Positions 16,740-30,099 of a DNA stretch of 64,000 bases are shown one piece after another. Within the stretch, counting starts at the first letter, position 1; each line of letters begins with the position of its first letter. A program made the position numbers and the translations under genes. Under the pieces are notes generated by a model, which did no database searches, was not told the origin of the DNA, and worked only from the letters and a program-made list of their open reading frames with translations. Source of the stretch: the human T2T-CHM13v2.0 reference genome, Homo sapiens; assembly GCF_009914755.1 (NCBI RefSeq), contig NC_060941.1. One strand, written 5' to 3'.

Positions 16740-16935
16740 TCAACAACAGGATCCACAGATTGGTGGTCTGGCAGCAGACTGGATGGTAGCAACTGAACTC
16801 ACAGAAGCTGCGGCAGCAGCAAGCGGTCTTGCAGCAGGTGGTCTGGCAGCAGCTGGGATGGCAGCAGATCTCTTGGCAGAGGTCTTAACCACACCTCTGG
16901 TGACAGCAGAAGGAGCTGCAGCAGGAGCTGACCAT
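16740..16935 (-). pseudogene. KRTAP4-17P: KRTAP4-family pseudogene (probably KRTAP4-17P)
   Basis: ATG at 16935 reads MVSSCCSSFCCHQRCG* (TAA at 16885-16887); downstream [18 protein letters not shown] continues in frame; terminal CGSCC* is out of frame; TATA degraded to TAGAGAA at 17021-17027. Confidence 0.8.
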
Positions 16936-17631
16936 GGTGTCAGAAGGTGGAGGTTCTGGGTGTGGGTTTTCAGTGGCATAAGGTACTAGAGTTCATAAGC
17001 CTTCTTCCTTCCAAGTTTCCTTCTCTACCCTGCTGAGGACTTGCCATCACCATGACCTGGGTTATTTCCTTGCTATTGTTTATCTTACCTGAAGAGAAAT
17101 GATCAGATATTCTGATTGAAGCATGACATTGTAGCAGTTAGCCTTGGTTTTTAAAATGGATGCTAAGGTAATTTCCATTTAATCAGTTATTTATCCCTAA
17201 AAGCACCATTTTTCTTCCTTTTTTGTTTTAGCATCATCTCATCCATTCCTTCATATACTTTTCAGAGTGTGTCATTTGATATTCTGAGCACAGGACGAGT
17301 CATTCTTTTGTTCCAACCATTTAATTTACTGTTCCTGAATGAGCTGCATAGCCACAGTCCCTTCAATTTGAACAGTATTTAAAATAGATGTAAACATGGA
17401 TATGTTAATACCCAAAAAATAAGACCCCAGTACATTATAGCAAATAGCTGCTAATGAAATCAGCATAGCACACTTATAAATTATGAAGTAGCTAAAAAAC
17501 ATCTAAGGCACGTGGCTTCAAATTTAACTTGTTCAGAATAGAATTGCTCATTCTGTTTCTTTTCCGAACCAATGCCCTAATTAATTCCCCAGTCCTATTA
17601 CAAATGGTTGTTAGTCCAAATTTTCAAGCTA

Positions 17632-17928
17632 GGGCTGGGCGCAGTGGCTCACGCCTGTAATCCCAACACTTTGGGTGGCCAAGGTGGGTGAATCACCTGA
17701 GGTCGGGAGTTCAAGACCAGCCTGGTCAACGTGGTGAAAGTCCATCTCTACTAAAAATACAAAAAATTAGCCGGGAGTGGTGGCACGTGCCTGTAGTCCC
17801 AGCTACTCAGGAGGCTGAGGCAGGAGGATCATTTGAACCCATGAAGCGGGGGTTGCATTGAGCCAAGATCACGCCCCTGCACTCCAGCCTGGGCAACAGA
17901 GTAAGACTCTATCTCCAAAAAAAAAAAA
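17632..17928 (+). mobile_element. AluS (Sx/Sz-like)
   Basis: Full Alu; TSD tcaagctag. Confidence 0.9.
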
Positions 17929-18411
17929 TCAAGCTAGTAAATGTAAAGTTCTTCATTCAATAATCATGTTTTGGTTCCCGCTATGTGCCAAACCCATTCT
18001 CAGGGTGGAGACACAAGTGAAGAATACTCCACCCCATCCTCTCCTTCACTATAACTTCATTCTGACTAAATGAACTGCACCAGATCATTTTATGGGATGA
18101 ACTGGCAATGCCATTACCCATATGCTGGACCAGCAAACAGAGGCTGTGTCCACCTTCACAGCTAAGGTCAGGATGCCTCAGCAGCAGAGATGGCAGAAAT
18201 TTTTAGCCACAGTTTAAGTCAGAGCAAGTCAAGCTGTATCAAAAGACCATTTTGTTGCCAGTGAAAATAAGAAACTCTTTATTTGAATAGATTAGCCAGA
18301 TATGGAAATTGCTAAGCATCCAAAATATTATGCAACTTATTCTGTGTTTTCCCCATTAATACACATGATGGAGTCATTCTCGTCCCGTTTGTTCCTTCAT
18401 TTAAAACACAC

Positions 18412-18778
<367 letters not shown>

Positions 18779-19184
18779 TTAAACTTTTCTTTGCACCACT
18801 AAGCGTAAACATCATGTACCCAGGGATGTTTGTACTTAGGGCCATCAACAGATGTGGAGCTCAGCATGGAAAAGATTACGACAATTACAATTGAGCCCAG
18901 TCCCCTGTTTCAGGAATTGAGATACCCAAGTGGAGTTGCTATTACTATTAGAATTACTGTCATTGAATCTGTGTTTGTGTGACACAGATGAAAAGTTTGA
19001 TAAAAAATACATTTTAACGGAAAATATTTTAAAATATGGTTTACATTTGTCACCTTGAGTTAATCACCATGTTCTAGTGCTGGAGGGGAAAATGTAGGTG
19101 GTGACAATAGTTCTGGCCTCTTCAAGTTAGTTTCAGTTGTCAGGGGATCAGTCAATGTACTCTGTCTTAAAGAATGATAATTCA

Positions 19185-19335
19185 GGCGAGGCACAGTGGC
19201 TCATGCCCGTAATCCCATCACTCTGGGAGGCTGAGGTAGGAGGATCGCTTAAGTCCAGAAGTTCAAGGCCACAATGAGCTATGATCGCGCCACTGCACAC
19301 TAGCCTGAGTGACAGGTGAAACCTTGTCTCTAAGA
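19185..19335 (+). mobile_element. Old Alu monomer (FAM/FRAM-like)
   Basis: Single ~150-bp monomer with AluJ-type gaggatcgctt...gagctatgatcgcgccactgcac and an A-rich tail. Confidence 0.75.
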
Positions 19336-19544
19336 TAATAATAGCAGTAAAATAATAAATAAAAATATATACTTTATAGTTAAATGATGCTATTGATGTT
19401 GATCACCTCTCTCACTTCTGGATATAAGTTTTTATGGGTTATCTATTGTTAAGTAGAACAATCATTTATTTTCAGAAGATTCATAACACTTAAGGAACAC
19501 TTCGTCCCTGGGCAATTCCCTATAGGTTATGAAAAATAATGTCA

Positions 19545-19604
19545 TAAATAATAACCAGGAAAATTCTGCTCATTGGTTCCAGATTTGGGAACCAGTGTAT
19601 AAAA
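19545..19604 (+). promoter_or_regulatory. KRTAP9-1 core promoter: TAAATAATAACCAGGAAA element, inverted CCAAT (ATTGG 19572-19576), TATAAAA 19598-19604
   Basis: Direct inspection; same layout as the KRTAP9-2 and KRTAP9-3 promoters. Confidence 0.8.
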
Positions 19605-19683
19605 GGTCCAGATACTAGAAGGGGGTCATCAGATTCTTGGAAACTCACCTCTGAACAGGAGCCCACCCTTCACCCCTGACACC

Positions 19684-20463
19684 ATGACCCACTGCTGTTC
19701 CCCTTGCTGTCAGCCTACATGCTGCAGGACCACCTGCTGCAGGACAACCTGCTGGAAGCCCACCACTGTGACCACCTGCAGCAGCACACCCTGTTGCCAG
19801 CCCTCCTGCTGTGTGCCCAGCTGCTGCCAGCCTTGCTGCCACCCAACTTGCTGTCAAAACACCTGCTGCAGGACCACCTGCTGCCAGCCCACTTGTGTGG
19901 CCAGCTGCTGCCAGCCTTCCTGCTGCAGCACACCCTGCTGCCAGCCCACCTGCTGTGGGTCCAGCTGCTGTGGCCAAACCAGCTGTGGGTCCAGCTGCTG
20001 TCAGCCTATTTGTGGGTCCAGTTGCTGTCAGCCTTGCTGTCACCCGACTTGCTATCAAACTACCTGCTTCAGGACCACCTGCTGCCAGCCTACCTGCTGC
20101 CAGCCCACCTGCTGCAGGAACACCTCTTGCCAGCCCACCTGCTGTGGGTCCAGCTGCTGCCAGCCTAGCTGTGGGTCCAGCTGCTGCCAGCCTTGCTGCC
20201 ACCCAACATGCTGTCAAACCATTTGTAGATCCACCTGCTGCCAACCATCCTGTGTGACCAGATGCTGCAGCACACCCTGTTGCCAGCCAACCTGTGGTGG
20301 GTCCAGCTGCTGTAGCCAAACCTGCAATGAGTCCAGCTATTGTCTGCCTTGCTGCCGTCCCACCTGCTGCCAGACCACCTGCTACAGGACCACCTGTTGC
20401 CGCCCCAGCTGTTGCTGCAGTCCTTGCTGTGTCTCCAGCTGCTGCCAGCCTTCCTGCTGCTAA
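19684..20463 (+). CDS. KRTAP9-1: Keratin-associated protein 9-1, 259-aa allele
   Basis: [39 protein letters not shown]9 N-terminus; first plus-strand gene after the KRTAP4 block; TATA and poly(A) signal present. Confidence 0.88.
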
Positions 20464-20924
20464 TCCACTTGCTGCAGACCCACCACCCACCAGAGACATA
20501 TTTCCTGAAACATTTTGTCAAAGTTCCTATTCCACCAAGAAACATTCGCTAAGCTTTTCTGAGAAACAACATTCTGACACTGAACTTTGTGATCATCTTC
20601 TTCCTACCATGCTTGGGATTCTGCTGAAGGTTTGCAGTCTACCTCACTTTCATTCTTCTTCATTCCCTCTGTGTTAATGTACCAGATGGTGGTCAGTCAA
20701 CTCCACCTAATTGACATGGATACATGGACTCAGCCACAGAAAGTGGTCATCAGCTTTTGCCCCTATGGAACTTAAAAAAAAATTCTTAAGACTGCATATC
20801 TAACTCTCTATAATGATCAATACTGATCATCTTTTTAGATATATACATTTTATTTAGTAGCCTCTGCCAGATTACTAAACTCTTTCATGATCACTTTTAA
20901 TTGTCTCCCTACCTGGTCTTTCCT

Positions 20925-20930
20925 AATAAA
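20925..20930 (+). terminator. Polyadenylation signal of KRTAP9-1
   Basis: AATAAA followed by a GT/T-rich downstream element (ttgtttgtttgtttg). Confidence 0.7.
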
Positions 20931-21342
20931 ATTTATATTATCCTGCATCCTATGGTATGATTTTTGTTCCATTTGTTTGTTTGTTTGCAGCAGTTGCTTT
21001 GTGAAGCCTTACTTTTGAGTTGTGGTTTATATTTATTATCTTGTTCAAGTCTCACAATGACCTACAAGTTGGACAGAGCAAACATTTTAGTGATGAGAAA
21101 ATGATTTGCCATACAACTAGCAATTGACAAGGGAAGGTTCAATGACCAGGTACTTTGAATCCAGGTTAAGGACACTTTTTTAAAAACATTTTTCTCCGGG
21201 TAGATGCAACAGTGGTGATTGAGTGCAGGGAAGATGTACATTTTAAGTCACATCTCAAGCAAACACTTTTCTATCTACAAAGCACTTCCCAAATACTCTC
21301 CCCACCTCTATGACCACTAGAGACCATCTTTAAGAGTTCTAG

Positions 21343-22010
21343 GAATGCTTTTACACTCTTGGTGGGAGTGTGAATTAGTTCAACCATTGTGGACAACAGT
21401 GTGGCTATTCCTCAAGGATCTAGAACCAGAAATGCCATTTGACCAAGCAATCCCATTACTGGGTATATACCCAAAGGATTATAAATCATTCTACTATAAA
21501 GACACCTGCACATGTATGTTTATTGCAGCATTATTTACAATAGCAAAGACTTGGAACCAACCTAAATGTCTGTCAGTGATAGACTGGATAAAGAAAATGT
21601 GTCACATATACACCATGGAATACTATGCAGCCATAAAAAGATTGAGATTATGTCCTTTGCAGAGACATGGATGAAGCTGGAAGCCATCATTTCAGCAAAC
21701 TAACATAGAAACAGAAAAACAAAACACTGCATGTTCTCGCTTATAAGTGGGAGTTGAACTGTGAGAATACATGGACACAGGAAGGGGACCATCACACACC
21801 AGGGCCTGTCGGGGGATGGGGGGCAAGGGGAGGGAGAGCATTGAGACAAATACCTAATGCATGCGGGGCTTAAAACCTAGATGACAGGTTGTTAGGTGCA
21901 GCAAACCACCATGGTACATGTATACCTATGTAACAAACCTGCACATTCTGCACGTGTAACCCAGAACTTAGAGTAAAATAAAAAATAAAAATAAATAAAA
22001 CTTTTTAAAA
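21343..22010 (+). mobile_element. 5'-truncated L1PA (L1PA8-like) 3' end
   Basis: ORF2 C-terminus LLHSWWECELVQPLW...; 3' UTR and A-tail; TSD aagagttctag / aagtgttctag. Confidence 0.85.
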
Positions 22011-22679
22011 AGTGTTCTAGTCCATGAAAAGAGCTTTGTGTCTCTGGATTCTGATCCACCACTGAAGAATCTGTCACCAACAACTAGTGTGACATGGGTT
22101 TTCCCGGCCCTACTCTCACCACGAAGAACCTCCTCTTTGCTGTCATGATTAAGCATCTGGGTATCATTTCATTTATTTTAACAGGAATTAGGATTAAGAA
22201 TCACTTTTGCAAAGCGCACAAGATTGGACCATGCTTCCTGGGTTCCCAAATTTTGAGGCAATTTTGTTTCCTAACATGAACTTTGTTAAGGGAAGATAAA
22301 TTTGTACAGAATCCTAAGAATTAAGGTAACCATGCAATGGACTTATGCCCTTTGATCTAATCATAATCTCTGGGCCATAAAAGAAAACAAAATAACTCCC
22401 TGTGTTTTATGAGATAAAGAAGATAAAGTCAATTATGCTAAAGGAAGTCAAAATCAGAATTTTCAGAAAAAAAGGGAGAAATGTTAGAAACATGAAAATG
22501 GGAACAAATGATGCACTATTTAAAGCCAAGATGGGCATTAAGTTGGTTCCTAAATGGAGGAAACTGGATCTTCTGATGAGAAACTGAATAAGGAAAGGAA
22601 TAGCCAGAGGACGCAGCAGTACGAAGGCTAATTCAGCTTTGGGAGGACACTAAGAGGTTTTGACTGTGGCCACCTTCTT

Positions 22680-22885
22680 TTTAATTATTATTATTATTTT
22701 TTAATTTTAATTTATATATTTTTATATTTTTTTATTATACTGTAAGTTCTAGGGTACATGTGCACATCGTGCAGGTTTGTTACATATGTATACATGTGCC
22801 ATGTTGGTTTGCTGCACCGATTAACTCATCATTTACATTAGGTATATCTCCTAATGCTATCTCTACCCGCTCCCCCCACCCCACA
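22680..22885 (-). mobile_element. ~200-bp 5'-truncated L1PA 3' end with a perfect 17-bp TSD
   Basis: actgtggccaccttctt at 22663-22679 and 22886-22902; antisense L1 3' UTR between them. Confidence 0.9.
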
Positions 22886-23580
22886 ACTGTGGCCACCTTC
22901 TTAAGAGACCTGAAGGTGCTTTGGGTGAGCGAACTACTAGATGTGACAGAGACATGTCATCTTCCTAGGGGATGTATCTGGAATTCTCTGCCGGGTTATT
23001 AACTTTCCAACAGGGGGAATGAATGGGTAATTTGCTGACATTTACTGAGAGCCTGCTATACACTAGGTATTGAGGTAGTTGCTCCATGCGCCCTCTGTCT
23101 CATTCCCAGGCAATCCCAAAGGTAAGTATTAGTGGCCCCATGTTCAAGCTGAGGAAGTCAGTGTTGAAGAAGTTAAAGCAACTCATATGTGTTGCATAAA
23201 TGATACAACATTTTTCTGCTTTCCAAAACAAAGCTGTTTGGGGGAAGTACTGGTGAAATGAGAGATATAGATCAATGGAAAATATTGAGAGACAAGAAAG
23301 AGATTCACATATATATTATCAATTGATTTTTTGACAAGATGCCAAGTGGATATACAGATAATCTGTGGTCTTTTGAATAAACAGTGCTGGAACAATTAAA
23401 CATCCATGAGCAAAAAGAAAAAAAAATAGAACTTTGATTTATACATTACATATATACAAAAATAAGCTCAAAATGGATCACAGGCCAAAGTGTAAAACCT
23501 AAAACTACAAAACTTTTAGAAGGAAACATAGAAAAAAGTTTTAGGACTGTAGATTAGGTGAAGATTTCTTAGATGAATAC

Positions 23581-24441
23581 ATAACTCCCTCAAAAAGTGG
23601 GCAAAGGATATGAACAGACACTTCTCAAAAAAAGACATTTATGCAGCCAATAAACATATGAAAAACAGCTCAACATCACTGATCATTAGATAATGCAAAT
23701 CAAAACCACAATGAGATACCATCTCATGTCACTCTGAATGGCGATCATTAGAAAGTTAAGAAACAATAGATGCTGGTGAGGTATGGAGAAATGGGAACGC
23801 TATTACACTGTTGGTGGGAATGTAAAATAGTTCAACCATTATGGAAGGCAGTGTGGCGATTCCTCAAGGATCTAGAACCAGAAATACCATTTCACTCGGC
23901 AATCCCATTTCTGGGTATATACCCAAAGGAATATAAATCATTCTGCTATAAAGACACATGCACACGTATGTTTATTGCAACACTATTTACAATAGTGAAG
24001 ACTTGGAACAAACCCAAATGCTCATCAATGATAGACTGGGTAAAGAAAATGTGGCACATATACACCATGGAATACTATGCAGCCATAAAAAAGATTGAGA
24101 TCATGTCATTTGCAGGGACATGGATGAAGCTGGAAGCCATCATCCTCAGCAAATTGGCACAGGAACAGAAAACCAAACACCACATGTTCTCACTCATAAG
24201 TGGGAGTTGAACAATGAGAACACATGGACACAGGGAGGGGAACAACATACACCAGAGCCTGTCTAGGGAGGAGGGCAAGAAGAGGGAGAGTATTAGGACA
24301 AATAGCTAATGCATGCCAGGCTTAAAACCTAGATTACGGGTTGATAGGTGCAGCAAACCACCATGACACATGTATACCTATGTAATAAACCTGCATGTTC
24401 TGCACATGTATCCCAGAAATTAAAGTACAATTTTAAAAAAA
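23581..24441 (+). mobile_element. L1PA 3' fragment (L1PA8-10-like), next to an older L1M fragment at ~23230-23580
   Basis: ORF 23770-24210 is the L1 ORF2 C-terminus (TLLHCWWECKIVQPLWK...MFSLISGS). Confidence 0.85.
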
Positions 24442-24649
24442 GTAAACTGATATCCAAAACACATTGCATCATATCATGGCTATGTAGATTTTTGCCCAAA
24501 AACTTTCAGTTAAAAGTTAAAATGAAAAAAATAAAGTTGAGATGAAATGGGGAAAAAAATAGAATAGGTAAGATTGTGAATATCCAGCAAAAGTTCTGTG
24601 AACTCAATTCTAACAAAGCAGAAGTTGTGGTTAATAAGGTCAGTGATGG

Positions 24650-25509
<860 letters not shown>

Positions 25510-27369
25510 TCAGTAAGAAGGCAGATGCCAGAGCTTAGAAGAAATTTAAGGTGATTTTTTTGGGACGAAGCACTGGGAGAAAAGATGGCTAGTAAGAGTA
25601 GGAACCTCACAGGAATTCCTTTCGGTTCATTCCATTTGCAAATGATCCCAATGAGGAAAAATTGCCAGAGGCCTAGAGTGGAAGGAGCTAATGCAAAAAT
25701 TATTCTGGCAATGTGAATTCTAAACACTATTGGGATGCAAGCGTTGGCTGGACAATCATTAGAACATTGTGCCAAGGATTCGCAGTGTCTGGTAATTGGT
25801 TATTATTATTGGACTTCAGAGGTCACTTCAGTTCTTGAGATACTTCAAAAGTTCCCAAATGTTTTTGTTGGATTCAAAATTGACCATTCGCTGATTTTTG
25901 AAGTCCATAAGCAACAAAATATGTAAAATATGTAAAATTTAAAAAGAAACACAAAGTGCCATACATACTTATTAGGCATCCTTTGGAGGAAACAGGAAGG
26001 CTGTCTTCCAGGGTAGTAAATACTACCTTGAAAAACGTACCAGTATCTGGCCTTCAGCCTTGCACACTCCAGAAACCGAAATTATTTACATTCTAAGAGT
26101 GAAACCACCTCTGGGAGCAGGCTCACTTTCACCAAGCCCATAACATTAGTACCAGTTGAAGAATCTACATGAGAAATAACTTAAAGAGAAGATGACATTT
26201 TCATGGGTCTTTTTGACCAGGATATTTTCTTCCTATAGATATACCTGCATGAAAAGTGAAATTATAACCAAAGGTTATTTTCTTTTTTATAATTAAACTT
26301 TTTGAGATAATTGTAGATTCACATGCAGTTGCAAGAAATAATACAAAGAAACCTCTGTACTCTTTACCAAGTTTCCCCCCAATGATAACTTCTTGCAAAA
26401 CTACAGTACGGTATCACAAGTCCAATGGTGACATTGATACCTTCAAGACACAGAGTAGCTCCATCAGCACAAGGATCCCTTGTATTGCCCTAAAAGCTTA
26501 TTTTCTCAGCAAATATTTAGAACATTCTAATATTCTAGAAGTTCTAATAATACGGAATGGCATCTAATGCATTTGTTCTAAAACAGATTTTGCCAGGCAC
26601 TCTGGAAAATTCAAGTGCCTTGGGTGGCTCTCCCTCCCCCATGCAATGTGTCGTAACCAGCACTTCTGAATTTGTCTCAGACTCTCTCTTTTCTCTAAGC
26701 TGCCATGGCTCACCAAACCTCCACCCCCATTTATAAGTCCCAGGTTCTTTTTAAAACCATCTTCAATCAACTTACAGTAATTTCTGCAGGTCTTGAAGCA
26801 GCCCCTCCCATGTTCCCCAACTTCTGATACAACCTCATTTATGCCTTTGCCTCATAAAGACCTACAAAACATTTTTAATTTTGTTTACTTTTGCCATCAT
26901 ATTTATGGATCATTTATGAAGTTTCAGGCCATAGCATACAAATTATATTTTAGGCAACTCCGGATTTTGTCCACTTTCTCTTTCTTCCAAATAAAAATAT
27001 AAGCTGCAGCCATGCAGGTCTGTCTTCAGAAACTGGCATGGGCTCTTTGTTATCATTAGACAGTAACATGACATCATACACCTGTTTGTGTGATTCCCCC
27101 ATCACACTCCTTCCCCTGGGATCCCTCAGTGAGTTCTGATGGTTTATGCACATCCTACTGCAATTTTTCCTATGACTGCCATTAAACATAAAAGACAATT
27201 CCACACTTCAGTCCTCTATTAAAATATAATATTATTATGGACAAGACCAAGTAATGCTTTCACGAAATGGTTTTTCATTTTCTTTAGCTCTGTCCAGTGT
27301 ACAATGTATGTAACAAAACTTCCCTATTTTTCCACTGGAGAACCTCCATTCAGAATTCCCCCTAGATGG

Positions 27370-28049
27370 CAGATGTTGGCATGATTTTACTCCAGTATGT
27401 GTTTTAAAAAGAAAAGGAATGACACTCCCTAATTCCAATCCCAGCTATAACATTGATAGTTTAAGAAGTGTGAGAGAGCCCCCAGAACTGCCAATATTGG
27501 AAGTCCTATCAACATCAGATTGACTCACTGGAGAATTGTGAGGTTTGTTATGTTCAGAGTTTGCTCATGTGTAAAATGTGGAAAAATGGAAAAAGAATCA
27601 GAGGAACATGTATAATGATTCCCACTGAGGTTAACAAGTGTAGATTTGTTTCTAAGATATTAAGAACTTCATGAAATTATAGAAATTTTGAAGACTGATA
27701 ATACTGATATTATATGAAATTATAGAAATTTTGAAGACTGATAACACTGTATTATGTAAGTTGTTCTGAGAGATTCCCACGGTATTTGTATGATGTTTCA
27801 ATACCTTCTTTCAGCTTAGATAAGAATATTGGAATCTTCTGAAAATCGATATCAGAATCTACCCAACCTAAAAGCTTTCTACTGTACCTGTCTAATTAAT
27901 ATAAAAGCTTGAGAGTACTTGATATAAGTATAAATAAATGATATAAAGGCTTGAGAGGATGTTGATAGAACTTCTAGGGATTGGATTTAGGGAGTGTCCT
28001 TCCTTTTCTTTTTAAAACACATACTGGAGTAAAATCATGCCAACATCTG
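27370..28049. repeat. Inverted repeat: 73-bp arms (27370-27442 and 27977-28049), 2 mismatches, 534-bp spacer
   Basis: Left arm cagatgttggcatgattttactccagtatgtgttttaaaaagaaaaggaatgacactccctaattccaatccc equals the reverse complement of the right arm except at two positions. Confidence 0.92.
27671..27755. repeat. 43-bp tandem duplication
   Basis: atgaaattatagaaattttgaagactgataa at 27671 and 27714. Confidence 0.9.
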
Positions 28050-28136
28050 AAGTCCCCTCAGAATGGAGTACAGATATTATGAATCCAGATTCACCAAGAA
28101 GTTAGTTTTTTTTTTTTTAATTTAAAAAGCTGCTCA

Positions 28137-28745
28137 TGCTGGGAATGTAAACTGGTACAACCACTGTGGAAAATAGTGTGGAGATTCCTTAAAGAACTAA
28201 AAGTAGAACTACCATTTGATCCAGCAATCCCAAAACTGGATATCTACCCAGAGGAAAAGAAGTCATTATACGAAAAAGATACTTGCACGTGCATGTTTAT
28301 AACAGCACAATTCGCAATTGCAAAAAATATGAAACCAGCCCAAATGCCCATCAATCAATGAGTGGAAAAAGAAATGGTTGTATATATGATGGAATACTAC
28401 TCAGCCATAGAAAGGAATGAATTAATGACACAGCAATCTGGATGGAATTGGAGACTATTATTCTAAGAGAAGTAATTCAGGAATGGAAAACCGAACCTGA
28501 AATCTTGTAAGTGGGAGCTAGCTATGAGGATGCAAAGGCATAAGAATGATACAATGGACTTTGGGGACTCAGGGGAAAAGATGGAAGGGGTGATGGATAA
28601 AAGACTACAAATTGGGTTCAGCATACACTACTCGGGTGATGGGTGCACCAGAATCTCACAAATCACCACTAAAGAACATACTCATGTAACCAAATACCAC
28701 CTGTTCCCCAAAAACTTATGGAAGTAAATTTTTTTTTTAAAAAAA
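28137..28745 (+). mobile_element. 5'-truncated L1 (L1MA/L1PB-type) 3' end
   Basis: [18 protein letters not shown]; TSD aaaaagctgctca on both sides. Confidence 0.85.
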
Positions 28746-28860
28746 AAGCTGCTCAGCTCTGTCTGATGAATGATCTCGTGGTAACAGTGGAAGTGGTCAG
28801 ATGTTTGACCGATCTCCAAAACCCATGTTCTTCTACCTTTTAAAGATAAAATGCTTCTTA

Positions 28861-29204
<344 letters not shown>

Positions 29205-29731
29205 TTAAATTAAATTTCTAATTAAAATTTTTATTTTTAAAGAATAGAGATTGGCATGCCATTGTAAGATGTGATACAAGAGATCCATGTACTCTTTGCC
29301 CAGTTTCCCCAAAAAATAACATCCTCCAAAACTATAGAAAAACATCACCAACAGCATATGATATTGATATTGACATAGCCAATGTACAACACATTTCTGT
29401 CACTGCAATGATCTCTTTTGATTGTTCTTTTATAGCCACACTCACCTGCCTCCCACACCCACTCCTTTCTTTATACCTGGCAACCACCAATCTGTTCTTC
29501 ATTTGTATAATTCTGTCATTTCAAGGATGTTGTATAAAAAGAATCATACAGTGCTTAACATTTTGAGACTGGTTTTTTCAACACAGCATAATTCCGTGAA
29601 AATTTAAACAGATTGTTGAACAGTTTTTCCTTTTTGTCACTAAGAATTACCCTCTGGTATGTATGTACCACAGTTTGTTTGATCATGTGTTGAAGGACAT
29701 CTGGGTCGCTTCCAGTTCAAAGCAGCCATAA

Positions 29732-30099
<368 letters not shown>

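Noticed and set aside
19574-19594. TGGTTCC-N7-GGAACCA inverted repeat just upstream of the KRTAP9-1 TATA
   Set aside because: Only 7-bp arms and not conserved in the 9-2/9-3 promoters; compatible with chance
19645-20499. 284-aa Ala/Gly-rich antisense ORF over KRTAP9-1, and similar Ala-, Gln- or Leu-rich shadow ORFs over every KRTAP gene (e.g. 7609-7980, 7688-8200, 56420-56752)
   Set aside because: TGC/CAG/CCC/ACC-rich codons lack stops in alternative frames; no independent promoter or poly(A) evidence; expected artefact
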